From Eledone cirrhosa (Eukaryota): DNA of 64,000 nucleotides. How positions within the stretch are numbered: the stretch's first letter is position 1; each line of letters begins with the position of its first letter. Under the pieces are notes generated by a model. That model did not search any database. It was not told where the DNA came from and saw only the letters and a program-made list of their open reading frames with translations. A program made the position numbers and the translations under genes. Shown here piece by piece: positions 13,300 through 26,600 of the stretch. The stretch covers positions 76,136,001-76,200,000 of the forward strand of contig OZ024746.1 in NCBI GenBank assembly GCA_964016885.1, read 5' to 3'.

Positions 13300-13679
13300 C
13301 TGTTGAGAAACAAAAATATTAATTTGAACATTAAATAAGAATCATTAGAATTTACCATCAAAGTTATGAATTAAATTTATCATAAACAAATTCATATAAT
13401 TTAACTCTTGACATCGATCGTGTACCACATGAACTTACATTAGCAAGATATTAAAAAATACAAAACTGCTCTGGCTGCATCATGTTAAAAATAAAGGTCT
13501 TTACTTTAATACTAGAAAGTTTCACAATGATCTGTCCAGTAGTAAAAGTATTATACACATTTAAATTAAACCCATTTTTAGATATATTCTGCTAAATAGT
13601 TATTGAATAGTAAGAGGGAACCCTTTTATTATCATATTTTGAATGAAAAGCATTGCCTAATCCTTTTCAAATAATCAAG

Positions 13680-13849
13680 CATTTACATTACTCTATATTT
13701 GCTATTATATTTTCATGGTAAAGTCTTTACCTCACATAATATTGAATCTATGAGATTTTGATATTTAATATGAGAACAATTACAGCCAGTTTGAACAGAG
13801 AGAGGTGAGAGAATTCTGGCCGGATTCAGTTGGTTTAAATGCTAACGGG
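13680..13849. mobile_element. piggyBac-type MITE copy, orientation A
   Basis: Homologous to 32285-32503. Ends AAATGCTAACGGG|TTAA. Confidence 0.7.
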
Positions 13850-14499
13850 TTAAAGGGTTTTACATAAAATAATTATGGAAAGTTTGTAGATAAATATAAT
13901 GCTTTAAAACAGTTTTACATTGTAGGACCAGTGGAGGTTTCAGGCAGTTTGGTATCAAAAGTGTTAAACACTATATAGAAGCAATAACATTTGCCATGAA
14001 AAGTTTCCAATTAAATTCATCATAAACAAATGTATAATTAAACCCCAGTCTTCCTTAACACATCAAAAAAACATCTCTCAATGAAAAAAATTAAAATGAA
14101 ATGAAATTTACAGCACACACTGTGCAGGTTTACTTGACCTCCTGCACGGTTGTATCTCAAAGGTTTCCCAGGCATTTATGATGCCCTTCCTAATGCCATC
14201 CACTTTACAGAATGTACTGGGTGTATCTTAACATAGAACCATCACTACCACTTTACAGAATATACTGTGAGAATTTTATCACAGTACAAGCACTATTTGA
14301 CAATGTACTGACATGCATTTTATCGTGGATCCACTGAACACTTCCTTTTCTTCCAGTTACTGTCGAGACCTCAGGTCTCCTTGACAGAATCTATTAGATG
14401 TATTTTAACGTAGCACCAACACCACTTTTCAGGGTGTACTATCAAGGCACCAACACTATTTGGCAGAATGTACTGGCTGCTGCATTTTATCATGGATCC

Positions 14500-14700
14500 A
14501 TTGAATGCTTCCTTTTCTTCCAGTTGCCGTCAAGACCTCAGGTGTCCTTGGTCCCCACACTGATTTCATTCGTAAAATCGGAAAGGCAGCAGCTCGCCTG
14601 AGGAATGAGCCACATCAGGTAGAGTGGCTGAGGCCGTGGGTGCCATTGGCCATTCTTTGTAGCAATATCTTTGCCATTTCCTCTGCAGAGAATAGCTGTC
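14500..14700 (+). mobile_element. CRE retrotransposon 3' fragment
   Basis: FLPVAVKTSGVLGP..IGK..EPHQVEWLR..LAILCSN resembles the C-terminus of the 547-1089 ORF. Confidence 0.7.
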
Positions 14701-15491
14701 ACCTCTCTTCCTTTCTTTCATTGCATAATTCCCCATCGTTTCCTTACTTTTTCTTATTTCCCTCCATTTTTGGTTTCCTTATTACCATGTATATTGATGA
14801 TGATAATTGTAGGCTTTTTTTACTACTGGATATTTTGTATTGCAATAAATTCTATGATCTGTATATATAAAAAAAAAAACTCAGAGTACTAGGTGCCATC
14901 AGTAACAGCACCCAACTGATTCTATTGATTGTATTGAATAATCTATTAATTTCAAGCTTATTTGTATGTTGTTAAGTAAGCATGAGTGTAGCGTGACAAA
15001 AAATGTAAGAAGAAAATTAGAATCTAAATATTACATTGGCTTTAGATACCAACTTGTCAAATGTTCTTTGGCACACCTTTCATTAACAAACATAATATAT
15101 AAAAAACATAACACTCCATACACCTAATGACTTAACTTCTAATGAATAACTGGCTACTGTAATATATCCAATAAAAGCTTACTCAAACTAAAACAAATCA
15201 GACACTTATACTCTAATTTCCTAACTTGTTTATATGGTACACTTCCTATTTGAATGAACAGCATTAGAATATAGCTTTTCAGTTGTAAAGTATTTACTCT
15301 AATACACGACAGACAGGCAGACTCACACACACACGTGTAACCAGTTTAAAATTAATACACAGAAATTTAGCAAGTAGTAAAAAGTTACTAAAAGGTTGGT
15401 GCCAGGAAGAGCATCTGGCTGTAAAAAAACATTGCATCAAAAAATTCCATCCAACCTATGCCAGATTGTAAGAGAAAGTATACCCCACCCC

Positions 15492-15522
<31 letters not shown>

Positions 15523-16482
15523 ATTGTCATGTAGGCTTCACATTAAAAATACGACTCACTACACCCTGTAAAGTGGTAATGCTGGAGTCATGATAAAATA
15601 CCCATAGCTATAGAAATCATGCCAAAATATTGTATGTATGAGCAATGTATGGTCATCCGTTTTGTCTAATCTCAGAACGTGACAACCCATCGAACCCTTG
15701 CCGTCATGGAAAACGGATGCGATGATGATGTACCAACAGAAAATTGATTTCAGAACTCAACAAATACAAAACAGAGAGAATAAAAGTAGGTAACAAAGTA
15801 GTTAAAATGTTAGTTTATCAACCTAAAGATTATATATATATAATTAAGCTAGCTAATGGAATGGGTGTGTAACTTAACTTTATTATGTAAAAGCCAACAT
15901 TCAAAGAAATCGATGGTGGAGGTCTACTTTAACAAGAATCATACAGTGAAGATCACGAGTTTGATTAACACTTGATACCAGTCCAGCCAAAATCAGTTCT
16001 GATTGTAATGAAAAACAACCACCCATTGTAAATTAAAATCTTTCAACATTATTTTATATAAAAACCATGTTAAGCTACTATCACAGTAATGAAATAATAA
16101 TTTTAGTATATCCTTCAAAGATTTTCATTAATTAAAATAGGGTGTATTTTATTAGAAATACAGTCATGGAAGGGTTAAGTTAGTATGCCATGAGGAAATG
16201 GAGAAGAATTTGATGTTTTGAGATTGAAAACATTTTCCCTCCCCCGAGATGAAGAGTCAGTTACTGAAACTTCAGATTCCTCTACTCCCACCCAAGCTAG
16301 ACAAACTTATGAATTTCCCTTTATTTTATTACTCTATTTATGCTTAACCCATTGGTAACCATATTTCTAATGAAAAACTCACTACTTCAATTAATGAAGG
16401 ACTTTGAGGAATTTACTAAATTTCATTATTATGATCATAACATGATTCTTATATAAAATGATGTTGGATGATTTTAATTTAA

Positions 16483-16686
16483 CCCTTTAATGTTCAAACC
16501 GGCCAGAATTCTCTACCTCTTTCTGTTGAAACTGGCTGTAACTGGTCGCTCAAACCGATGTTAAGGTATTGTTCTCAAAATAAATACTTTCAAAATCTCA
16601 GATTTGATATGCGAGATAATTATGCGAGGTAAAGCCTTACCATGAAAATATAATAGTATATATAAAATAATGTGAATGCTAAAGGG
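16483..16686. mobile_element. piggyBac-type MITE copy, orientation B
   Basis: TTAA|CCCTTTAATGTTCA...TGAATGCTAAAGGG|TTAA. Confidence 0.8.
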
Positions 16687-17827
16687 TTAAATAGGAACCA
16701 CTGAACCTTTTCGTTACCATATTTCTAAGAAAAGACATGACCTATAATTTTCAAATATTTAAAAACAAAAATTTTGAAGAATTTAGTAATATTACTAATT
16801 CTCAATATTAAGCTCATGTTTGAAACATAACTTAAATATTCTTACAAACAATTATGATGAAAGTTTTTAGATAAATACAAGCATTTTAAAATAAAGTTTT
16901 GAATTGTAGAACCACAAATGGTTTGGTATTAAAAGGGTTAAAAATGGATGGTTTTTGTTTGATAGAACAAGAACAGGTTTTGGCTGGATTGGTATCAAAA
17001 TGGTTAAATTAGTTGAAGCTGAACTATTTACACATTCCTAAGGACTAAGAAGTAAATACATATTTGCTTCCACATCCTGGCACAACCCCAAACCATATTT
17101 GCACCACCCTCCCCAGATGGTGAAGAGACCTATTAGCATGAAATTTCTGAGAGGGCCCCAGCAATGTGAAATGAAGCATCAAGCTCAACAACATGCACCA
17201 ACTGGTCCAGAATAGAGCTCATGACCTTATGATGAGGAGTTCAACACCCTAAATACTATGTCATCTGCCTTTACATACTAAGGTAAGAAAAAAGAAACAA
17301 AACAATAGTTTAAACTTTTTACCATATATTTCATATTTCAAGGTTAAGACCACTTTTTTCTTTTTTACTTTACGATAGTTTTCACGGTAAACACTATTTC
17401 CAATTGGCATTGTATTAGCTTTCCCAAAACAATCATAACCTCATATCTCACAATGTTTTATATAAACTAAACTGCATTATAGGTTATATTACTCAGACAC
17501 TGCTACAACTAAAACCATGTTACAAGAAATATTACATAAATTATACCAGTTTGATGCTCAATGTTAGTGGTTAGAGTGCTAGGCTCATGATTATAAGGTT
17601 GTAAGTTGGATTCCTGAACCAGGCAAAGACTTTATTTCTTATTGCTCCAGTTCTTATTAACTCAGCTAGAACAAAAATGGGTTGTGATGACACTGATGCC
17701 AAGCTGTATTAGCCTTTGCTTTTCTTTTGAAAGCTATCATTGGTGTGGACGGGGAAGATTTGCATGCATGAGTAACTGCTAGTCTCGCACAAGCTTGTGC
17801 CTCGGAGAAGCAAACACATGATCATGA

Positions 17828-17862
<35 letters not shown>

Positions 17863-18554
17863 AGCCAGACTTGACACTTGACCTAAGGGAAGGAGAGTTA
17901 TTCATTCCAAAACCAGGTGGTTGAAAAAATAAGTTTTGCTGTTATGCTGTCATTTCAACAAATTATTTTCAACTTCATCAATGCACTTTAACATAAAACA
18001 CGATTTATTTTTAGAAATTAGCAAAACTAGAGAAAATAACAAATGCTATTTAAAATTTCCAAATACAGTAGAATTGGAAAATCTCATTAACAAACTTTTC
18101 TTAATTATTTCTAGATTTGTAGGAATGAAAAAAGAAGGAATTCTATTATTCATATTGCACAAACCCGAGAAAATTAATGGGTAATTAAGAATAAATTGGA
18201 ACTTTGTATTTATTCTTTTTTCCATAAATGGTATTATTTTTGGAAATATACACACACCATCATCATCATCATCATCATCATTTAACGTCCATTTTCCACA
18301 CTTGCATGGATTAGATGGATTGTCACATTATGAGACAAGTCAAGTTCAGAGACCATGTCATGCTCATATGGATCTGTATTTTAGCTTGGTTTCTACAAGG
18401 AAGAATGCCCTTCCTAACACTAACCATGTTACAATGTGGCCTGGATGATTTTGTTTGTGGCACCGGCTTAGCATAGAGGTCGGACCTATATACACACACT
18501 ATATATATATATCATCATCATCATTTTACGTCCGATACACATATATCTATTCAT

Positions 18555-18874
18555 CATACGTCCGCTTTTCCCTGCTTGCAAGGGTGGGACGGGAACCGAT
18601 TCTGGCTTGATTTCTACAGCTGGATGCCCTTCCTAACACCAACTTCATTTACAGTGAGTGCTGGGTGTTTTTTTGCCATGGCACCTCCACGACCACTTTG
18701 CAGTGGAATGATATGGACCCCAGTCCCTATCATCTCATTTTTACACCTGAGTAAACTGGAGCAATGTGAAATAAAATGTCTTGCTCAAGGAAACAACATC
18801 ACCTGGTCTGAGAATTGAACTCAGAACCTTTCGATTGCAAGGCCAATGCTCTAACCACTAAGCCATGTGCCTCC
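18555..18874 (-). mobile_element. tRNA-derived SINE, near full length
   Basis: Minus strand: A box TGGCTTAGTGG, B box GAGTTCAATTC, same core and tail as the 8430 copy. Confidence 0.85.
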
Positions 18875-18881
18875 TCCACCT

Positions 18882-18917
<36 letters not shown>

Positions 18918-19258
18918 TAGTCATAATACACAATTAACTGTATTAAGAAGAGCATAAAATTAGTCCTTCCCATAAACAATCATTTTTATTTTTTATAAAT
19001 CTGATATAGAGAAAGAAATAGTGGAGAAGAGATAATATGGGATTGGCCAAGTAACTTTTGAATCCTTGTTCTGCTACAAAGTGAGAGCGCTGACACCATG
19101 ATAAGATGCACCTAGTACATGATGAAATACATCCAGTACACTGAATATGAACTTCTAATACTAGAACTGATATTCTATAAACTCAAGTCTCAGCTAGACA
19201 TTAACTGATGATTACATAAATATATATATATATATAACAAAGTGGAGGTGTTATATAA

Positions 19259-19510
19259 GAGATTTATTGCTCAATCCTGGTTACAAATGTTTCTCAACCA
19301 GCCAGCTCTCGTGATCCGAGTTGGCATTCCAGACGAGGCTCCAAGCCTGCCTGATCCTCAGACCTGTGTTAACAAGATTTGATGCAATTTTTGTTGTGTT
19401 AACACTGGCTTGAGGACCAGGCAGACTTGGAGTTTGGTCTGGAATGCCAACTCAGATGACGAGCCGGCTGCTTGAGAAACATTTGTAACCAGGATTGAGC
19501 AATAAATCTC
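19259..19510. mobile_element. Fold-back element (~115-bp arms) in (TA)n, each arm a hammerhead ribozyme motif; probable Penelope pLTR derivative
   Basis: GAGATTTATTGCTCAATCCTGGTTACAAATGTTTCTCAA.. pairs with ..TTGAGAAACATTTGTAACCAGGATTGAGCAATAAATCTC. TA runs on both sides. Confidence 0.85.
19277..19366 (-). ncRNA. Type I hammerhead ribozyme motif (fascin sense strand, intron 3)
   Basis: caggu CUGAGGA ucaggcag..cugguuga GAA aca-uu-ugu A | accag. Core intact, stems I and II contain mismatches. Predicted cut 19282/19281 after GUA. Confidence 0.7.
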
Positions 19511-19513
19511 ATG

Positions 19514-19549
<36 letters not shown>

Positions 19550-19555
19550 TACATA

Positions 19556-19655
19556 CAGGGTGTCCCAAAAAATGTATACACACTTTGATTGCCTGTACAG
19601 GCAATATTTATTAGAATGCTGCTAAAGTGTATATGCATTTTTTGGGGACACCCTG
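19556..19655. mobile_element. Tc1/mariner-type MITE
   Basis: TA|CAGGGTGTCCCAAAAAATGTATACACACTTT ... AAAGTGTATATGCATTTTTTGGGGACACCCTG|TA. Confidence 0.85.
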
Positions 19656-19757
19656 TATATATAAGATTCCAAGATAAGTTGATAGAATGTAAACAACCAT
19701 AGAAGATTAAAGTAAGAATTGAAACAAAACTAGAAGAATAACGTAAAAAATACATAC

Positions 19758-20062
19758 CTTTAAAGTGGTAAATCCCTTTCGCCGTTGCTTCCAGAAATAT
19801 CAGATCATAAACAGATTTATTGCAAACATATTCTGCTTTGGCAGATCCAGCAACCTTGAAGGCAACAAATCCATATTCTCCCTTCATAACAAGTGCTGGT
19901 CTGTTAACAAGTCGGATTCGGAATTTTTCCTTTTCTGTGATTACATCACTGCCAGCAAGGAGACTGCCAGTTGGTTTATTGTAAATATAATTATCGTTTG
20001 AAGCTTTAATAGTAATGGATCCATCCCGTTGCCAAGTTATATCAAACAGACAGGTCTTCTTG
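19758..20062 (-). CDS. FSCN1: Fascin exon 3 (305 nt)
   Basis: ttttccag|C AAG ... AAA G|gtatgt. (I)KKTCLFDITWQRDGSITIKASNDNYIYNKPTGSLLAGSDVITEKEKFRIRLVNRPALVMKGEYGFVAFK..YVCNKSVYDLIFLE..GIYHFK(G), with fascin LxNRP and GFV motifs. Open frame, phases 2 and 1 match the neighbours. Confidence 0.95.
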
Positions 20063-20137
20063 CTGGAAAAAAAAAATGAAGATTAATATATTAAAAAATA
20101 TATATTTAGAAAATGTGTTTATATCCATATATCTTAA

Positions 20138-20265
20138 CCCATTAATATTTACATTACTCTCTATATATACTGTTGCATTTTCGCGGTAAAGACTTTATCT
20201 CACGTAATTATCTCATAATATCAAATCTATGAGATTGATATTTATTTTGAGAACAATACCTTAAC
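20138..20265. mobile_element. Partial piggyBac-type MITE, orientation A, ~75 nt from the exon 3 acceptor
   Basis: TTAACCCATTAATATTTACATTACTCT.. homologous to the 32285 copy. Confidence 0.7.
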
Positions 20266-21790
20266 AGCTCACAGCTGTCTAGATATGTTAGTTGCTCTAT
20301 TGCACCAAAAGCTCCAATTTCTCACACTGCAAGAGACCCAACTGCACGTTTTGCACTGATTTACAAAAGGGCTGTTCGACATGTCACTAAACCTGTTGTG
20401 TACATTAGTGCAACCAAACAATATGGAAAGAAAGAAGTTAAAAGATTACTTGGGTGGTCTACCAGACTAACTAAATTCTTCTGTTATCACTTTAGTTCCA
20501 AGTCAGCTCTGATTGAGTAAATCAATGATCAAAGACAGTCCAGCTGTGACTTTAATGTTACGTATGTTGTTTCTGGTGACGAGAGCTCCAGTTGATTCAA
20601 TTAATGGAACTGACTGCTCATGAAATTAACATGCAAGTCAAGTATACCCTTAACAGTTCTCAGGGGGTTTCAGCATGATACAATGTGTGACAAAGCTGGT
20701 CCTTGAACTACAGGTACATTTTTACCAGCTGAGTGGACTGAAGTAACATGGAATAAAGTATCTTGTTCAAGGACCATTGTTAAATTATGTTTTAAACACA
20801 AAATAAATAATAATGTTAGTTATATTACGAAATCTCTCCAAATTTTAGAATATTTTAAAACATTTTCAAAATTAACTGAAAATTACAGGCAATGTATTTC
20901 ATTAGAAATACGGTAGGCTACAGTAAAAGACACTTTGCATAATAATAGAACAACATTGTCAATTAATATATTCAGATTAGCATAAAATGGATGGGTGCCA
21001 CTTGATATGATCACTGAAGCTGCTAGAAATGGCAGTCTAATCACACCCTGATCTCTTTATTAGAAAAAAAATGAGAGGTGAGAATGACACATTAGATAAT
21101 GTAGTTCCAGGGAAAAAAAATAGGAAGGGAGCCAACCATCAGATCAGTGAAGCAATGTTTCCATCATTGACGCTGTGCCAGTTGCAACCCCTGGCAGAAT
21201 GAACAACATAAAATAAAGTATTTTGCCGAAGAATACAACACCACCCAGTCCAGGAATTAAACCCACAGCCACATTGCGAATTCAATACCATAACTAATAT
21301 GCCATACCCTAGATACCTCTGGATAGACAAGATAATTATGGAATTCCTTTGATCATATGTCACCACAATCAATGTGGAACTATGATTAAATATCAACAAG
21401 ATATGCTTCAGAGATTGGATGGAATTGTCAATTTTGATGAGTGTTCCAGTTGTTTGATCAACAGAACCTGCTTATGAAATTAACATGTAAGTGGTTGAGT
21501 ATTCCACAGACATTTGTTCTCTCAATGTAATTCTCAGGGAGATTCAGTATAGCACAGTGTATATAACAAGGCCAAAATTTTGATTCTCGGGTACCGTCCA
21601 TCCGACATGCTTCCAAATAGTTTCCAACCCAAGGCTATGGTAAATCAAGATACTACACAATGGGATTGAACCTAAGACCTAATGATTACAAAGTGAACTC
21701 CTTAACCATTTGATCATGCTGCAACAATGATAAACAACTTATTACCCTATTAAATGTCTAGATTTAGGAAGAATGTTAATCCATCTTTAA

Positions 21791-21951
21791 CCCTTTAGCA
21801 TTACTCTATATACTATTGTATTTTCATGGTAAATGCTTTACCTCATAATTATCTCACATAATATCGAATCTATGAGATTTCGAAAGTATTTATTTTGAGA
21901 ACAATACCTTAACATCAGTTTGAGAATTTTGGCCAGTTAAACATTAAAGGG
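21791..21951. mobile_element. piggyBac-type MITE copy, orientation A
   Basis: TTAA|CCCTTTAGCATT...AACATTAAAGGG|TTAA. Confidence 0.8.
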
Positions 21952-23579
21952 TTAAAGTTAACCCCAACTAAACTATAAAGTTAATATTGATGGACATGCT
22001 GGTGCTACAATTAAATGCACCCACTCCACTCTGTAAAGTGGTAATGCTGGAGGCACAACAAAATGCACCCAGTACACACTGTCAAGTGGTTGGCATTATG
22101 AAGGGTCTCCAGCTGTCGAAACCATGTCAAACTGAAACATGAACAGGATGTGGTCATCTGACCTGTCTAGTCTCAAAATGTGATAACTCATGGACGACTG
22201 ACATAAATGATAATGATACTAAGATTTTCTAAAAGTGATTAGGATCTTTAACAATATTCTTTTATTCTTTCACTAGTTTTAATCATTATACCATGGCCAT
22301 AATTACAACAATCTCAGTATTTATTTTTCCAAGTTATTTATTCAAGGTACTTATTCTATGGATCATTTTTTTTTCTTTTTCGTTGAACCACTAACTTATT
22401 GTATACAAAGATAGAAAATGTAAATACAAACACAGGCACACGATATCTGTTTATATCTGTGTGTGCTTGTGTGCTGTAACTTAGTAATTCAACAAAAAGA
22501 GCAAGAAAATAAACAAGTACCTATCCTGAAGAAAGTTCTGTGGTCGATACAATAAACTTTAACCCTCTTGATATCAAACCACCCAAAACTACCTGTCTCA
22601 ATGAAGTGAAATCACCCATTCTAAATGGTCCCATTTCAATTAAAATCTTCCAACATAATTTATATAAAAAAACCTTTTTTGTTATGTTACAAAATATCTT
22701 TATAATAAAATGATCAATAATTTTAGAAAACCCTTTTAAATTCTTCCTTAATTCAAATACAGTATATTTAATTAGAAAATAGGTTGAGGAAGTGCTCCAG
22801 TATGGCAACAATCTAATGACTGAAACCAATAAATGAATAAATAATACATAAAAAACAAAATAGTCGATAGTGCTGATATTTCTATTAGGAATTAGACCTT
22901 TGATAAATGATAGTCTGGAGATTTTATCACATGAAAATTGTTTTAAATAGTGGAAATTATTGACAAGTTACAGAGGAATAGGCCAATAATTGAACTATAT
23001 TGAACTGAACCCAGATAACATGAGCCTTGGTGGGGATGGGGATTCTCCACATTTGATTAGGTTATCAGACAATGTTGACAGCGTTCACTGAAAACTGATT
23101 TACTGATAAGTTTAGTCAAGCAATATAAACAAACAGACATGTGAACAACAGTAGGAGCATGCATGGTTGTTGTGGTTAAGTATTCTTTCTAACCACAAGG
23201 TTTTGGATTCAGTCTGCTATAGCCTCAGGTTTACCTCTGCTTTGCGAGGAAAATATGGTAGATGGAAATTATGTGGAAACCCATTGTATATCTATGTATG
23301 AATAGATCTGTATATAATTGTTTCTACTTTTGGCACAAGGCCAGCAATTACCCAGTGCATTACTGGTACTTTATTTTATCGACCCCGTAAGGATGAAAGG
23401 CAAAGTTAACCTCGGCGGGATTTGAACTCAGAATGGCAAGGGCCGTATATAATGTATATATGTAAACACACACACAAACATATATATCAAGTATTATCAT
23501 CATTTAATGTGCATTTTCTCTGTATATTTGTGTATGCCTCTACCCATGTCTGTTTATATCCTATAACTTATCAGATCAA

Positions 23580-23613
<34 letters not shown>

Positions 23614-26600
23614 ATCACTAAAATCAGTACTAGGGTTGATATAATTAACTATAATTAACTTCATGGTGATGCCTCAGTATGGCTACAGTCCTATAACTGA
23701 AACCAGTAAAAGCATAAAAGAATGTGAACAACATATGAAAAAGAGTTGACTGTTTTTTTCATCCATAAATAAAATTTACATTTTAATGAAATTTCTCTAT
23801 TTTATACAACAGGGCATATTTTCCTTGAAATAACACATTTTGTATGAAGATAACAATGCAATTAAGTTTTTATTGAGAGTAATAATACAATCAGATGAAA
23901 ATCTCAGTATACATTGCTTTTATTCAGACTAATGTTTATCAATGAATATTCAAGGTTTGCAGAATTAGACATTATATAAGCGACACGTGACCTAGTAGTT
24001 AGGATGTTGGATGCATCATCAAAGTTGTGGGTTCAATTCTTGGATTAGGTAGTGTGCTGTGCTTTTAAGCAAGCTGCCACTTCATCTCATGTTCCTTTTT
24101 ATGATAGGACTGGGGACCCTATAATTAAAACCACCAATAAACATCTTATATGATGCAACCGTGTAAGAAGCTAGCTAAACCAGCTAGGTCAAGTGAAGGT
24201 GTGTGGCTAGGGTGTTATACTCACAATCATGTCATGGTTTCAATCCCTGGACTGTGCAGTGTGTTATGTTTTTAAGCAAAATGCTTCATGTCATACTGCT
24301 TTTCACGATAGGTTTAGTTTGAGGGGCATGTGGCTACTATTTCTAGCAGATTGAGAGACTATATAGAGGATTGCTTGTTGATTCATTTAAGCTTAATTAC
24401 TAGGCTGTAACAATCCTCAGCAGAACCAAAAGAATACTTCTGTTCCTATAAACTCATAGGATTGGAAATAATGGCATTATTTCTTTTGTATAAAAATATT
24501 TATTGCTAATTCTGATATAAATACCAACAGGTATTATAGTTATTAAGCTTCCTGGTCTTAACAGGCACTGGATATATTCTAGGTATCACCAATTTGTGAA
24601 TCATCACACTAACATTTAAAAAAAAAAGACGGAAATATAAGCACAGCAAGTCTAAAAATAAATATGGGGCAAGATCAGAGAGGTCCTCTTTTAGCCTGCA
24701 GTAGATGGGATTGTTTGAAAGCATTGGGGCTGATAGAACCTCTTGGTTTTGTTAAGGATCTGACAGCATCTCCAGTACTGGTGTCATAATAAAACACACA
24801 CTAAAGTGGTTGACGATTGTATAGAGACAATATAGGGCAGAGAAGACTTCAGTCAGGCTGACTTCATGATAACCTCTCGTGTTGCACCTGGTCCACACTG
24901 ATGTAGTGGATAATTGAACAGAGAGAATATAGCGTAGAGAAGATGCTTCAGTCCAGTATACGACAACAATAAATTGCACCCAGCATATTCTGTTAAGTGG
25001 TAGTGCACCCAGCATATCCTGTTAAGTGGTAGTGCTGGTACCACATTAAAATGCACCCAGCACATTCAGTAAAGCAGTTAGCATTATGAGGGGCATGCAG
25101 CCATGGAAACCATTCCAAACTATGGAACGCATGAACAAGACCATGGTTCACCAACCTAACCTGTCAAACCCATGGCAGGATGGAAATTGGACGTAAAACA
25201 ATGATGATGATGACGACCTAAAGACATTATATCCGAGGGATGGAATACTCACAGGTGGAATACCTTTAATCATAGATTTGACAATCAGCTAAATTACTAA
25301 TAGCAAATATCTGTATCTGTAAAGACCACTTCTAGGAGGACTCTTTTCCACAAGCGTTGAACATTTAATCCATAAGTGCAAATCTGATAGTGCAGATTCC
25401 GTTTTTGCATATCTTATCCATGGAGGTAGGTGGTCTAGTGGTTAGGGTATTTAGCTCACAATCCTACGTTTGATTTCTTATGACATTTGTCCTTGAACAA
25501 GACATTTTATTTTATTTTGTTCTAGTCCACTCAGCTGGCAAATTGAGTAGCATCAGTAAACTGAAAGGGCCAGCATTACCACACACAAATGTCATACTGA
25601 ATTTTCCAGAGAACTATGCTAAGGGAACACATGTGTGTGGAATATTCAGCCACATGTATGTTAATTTCATGAGCAGGCTGTTCTGTTGTTCAAACAACTT
25701 AACTCCCTCCATTATCAGAACTGACAAAGGTTAAGTATCAGGATCTTTGTAGATAGCTGGCTTCACTCCAAGTGGTTGGTCACTAATTGCAGTTTTCTTT
25801 AGCTTTGGAAGTGATTGCTCTACTAATATAATATATTCAGTAATTACTTGAATTACTTTATTGTTATTTTGGTATATAACATTCAGCACTAGAGTTGCCT
25901 GAAATCTACTCGTGTTAAAATACAAAGCTGTTTTTATAATTCATATTTATCTAAAACCCTACCATTATAGTTTTATGTAAGAACCTTTGTTAAGTTATGT
26001 TCCAAATGCCAACTCAATAATGAAAATGTTAGTTATATTACTAAACCATTCCAAATTCTCAATTATTTGGCAACCACAGGCAGCATCTTTCATTAGAAAT
26101 ATGGTAAGAAAAGGGTTAAATAGGTCAATACCATACAATAAAAAAAAAACTGTTTATTGATTGATAACATGTGAATATTACTTTTAAGAAAATCTTAAAA
26201 TTTTTTAATTCTTGAAAAGTTTCATATACTGTATTAATATCATCATCATCATTTATGTCTGCTTCCCATGTAGGCATGGGTTGTCATGGTCTGAGACCAG
26301 AGGGGTTGGAGCAAACTCATCTTGCTCAGACATTCCATATTTGGTATAGATTCTATGGCTGATGCTTTTCTTAACGCCAACCACCTTACAGGGTGTGTTT
26401 TATTGTGACATCAGCATTACCACTTTACAGAGAGTATGGAGTGTGTTTCATGATGACACCAACACTAGAGATGTTGCCACAATTCATTCAGACTGAAGAA
26501 TCCTTTCAAACTCTACATTGCCTCCATTCCACCAACAACACTGTAGCCACAGGTCTTTCACTACATTTATTTCTACTTTAAGTGTTGCAGTATTTGTACT

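Noticed and set aside
18820-18874. tRNA-like A/B boxes here and at many other sites
   Set aside because: SINE heads continuing into the shared SINE core; no complete cloverleaf, so not called tRNA genes.
19399-19757. C-terminal part of the 162-aa ORF
   Set aside because: Intron read-through past the exon 3 donor into a MITE and repeats.
24975-25070. Three ~29-bp direct repeats TGCACCCAGCA..GTTAAGTGGTAG, superficially CRISPR-like
   Set aside because: Tandem unit inside the SINE body, with no unique spacers and in a eukaryotic context.
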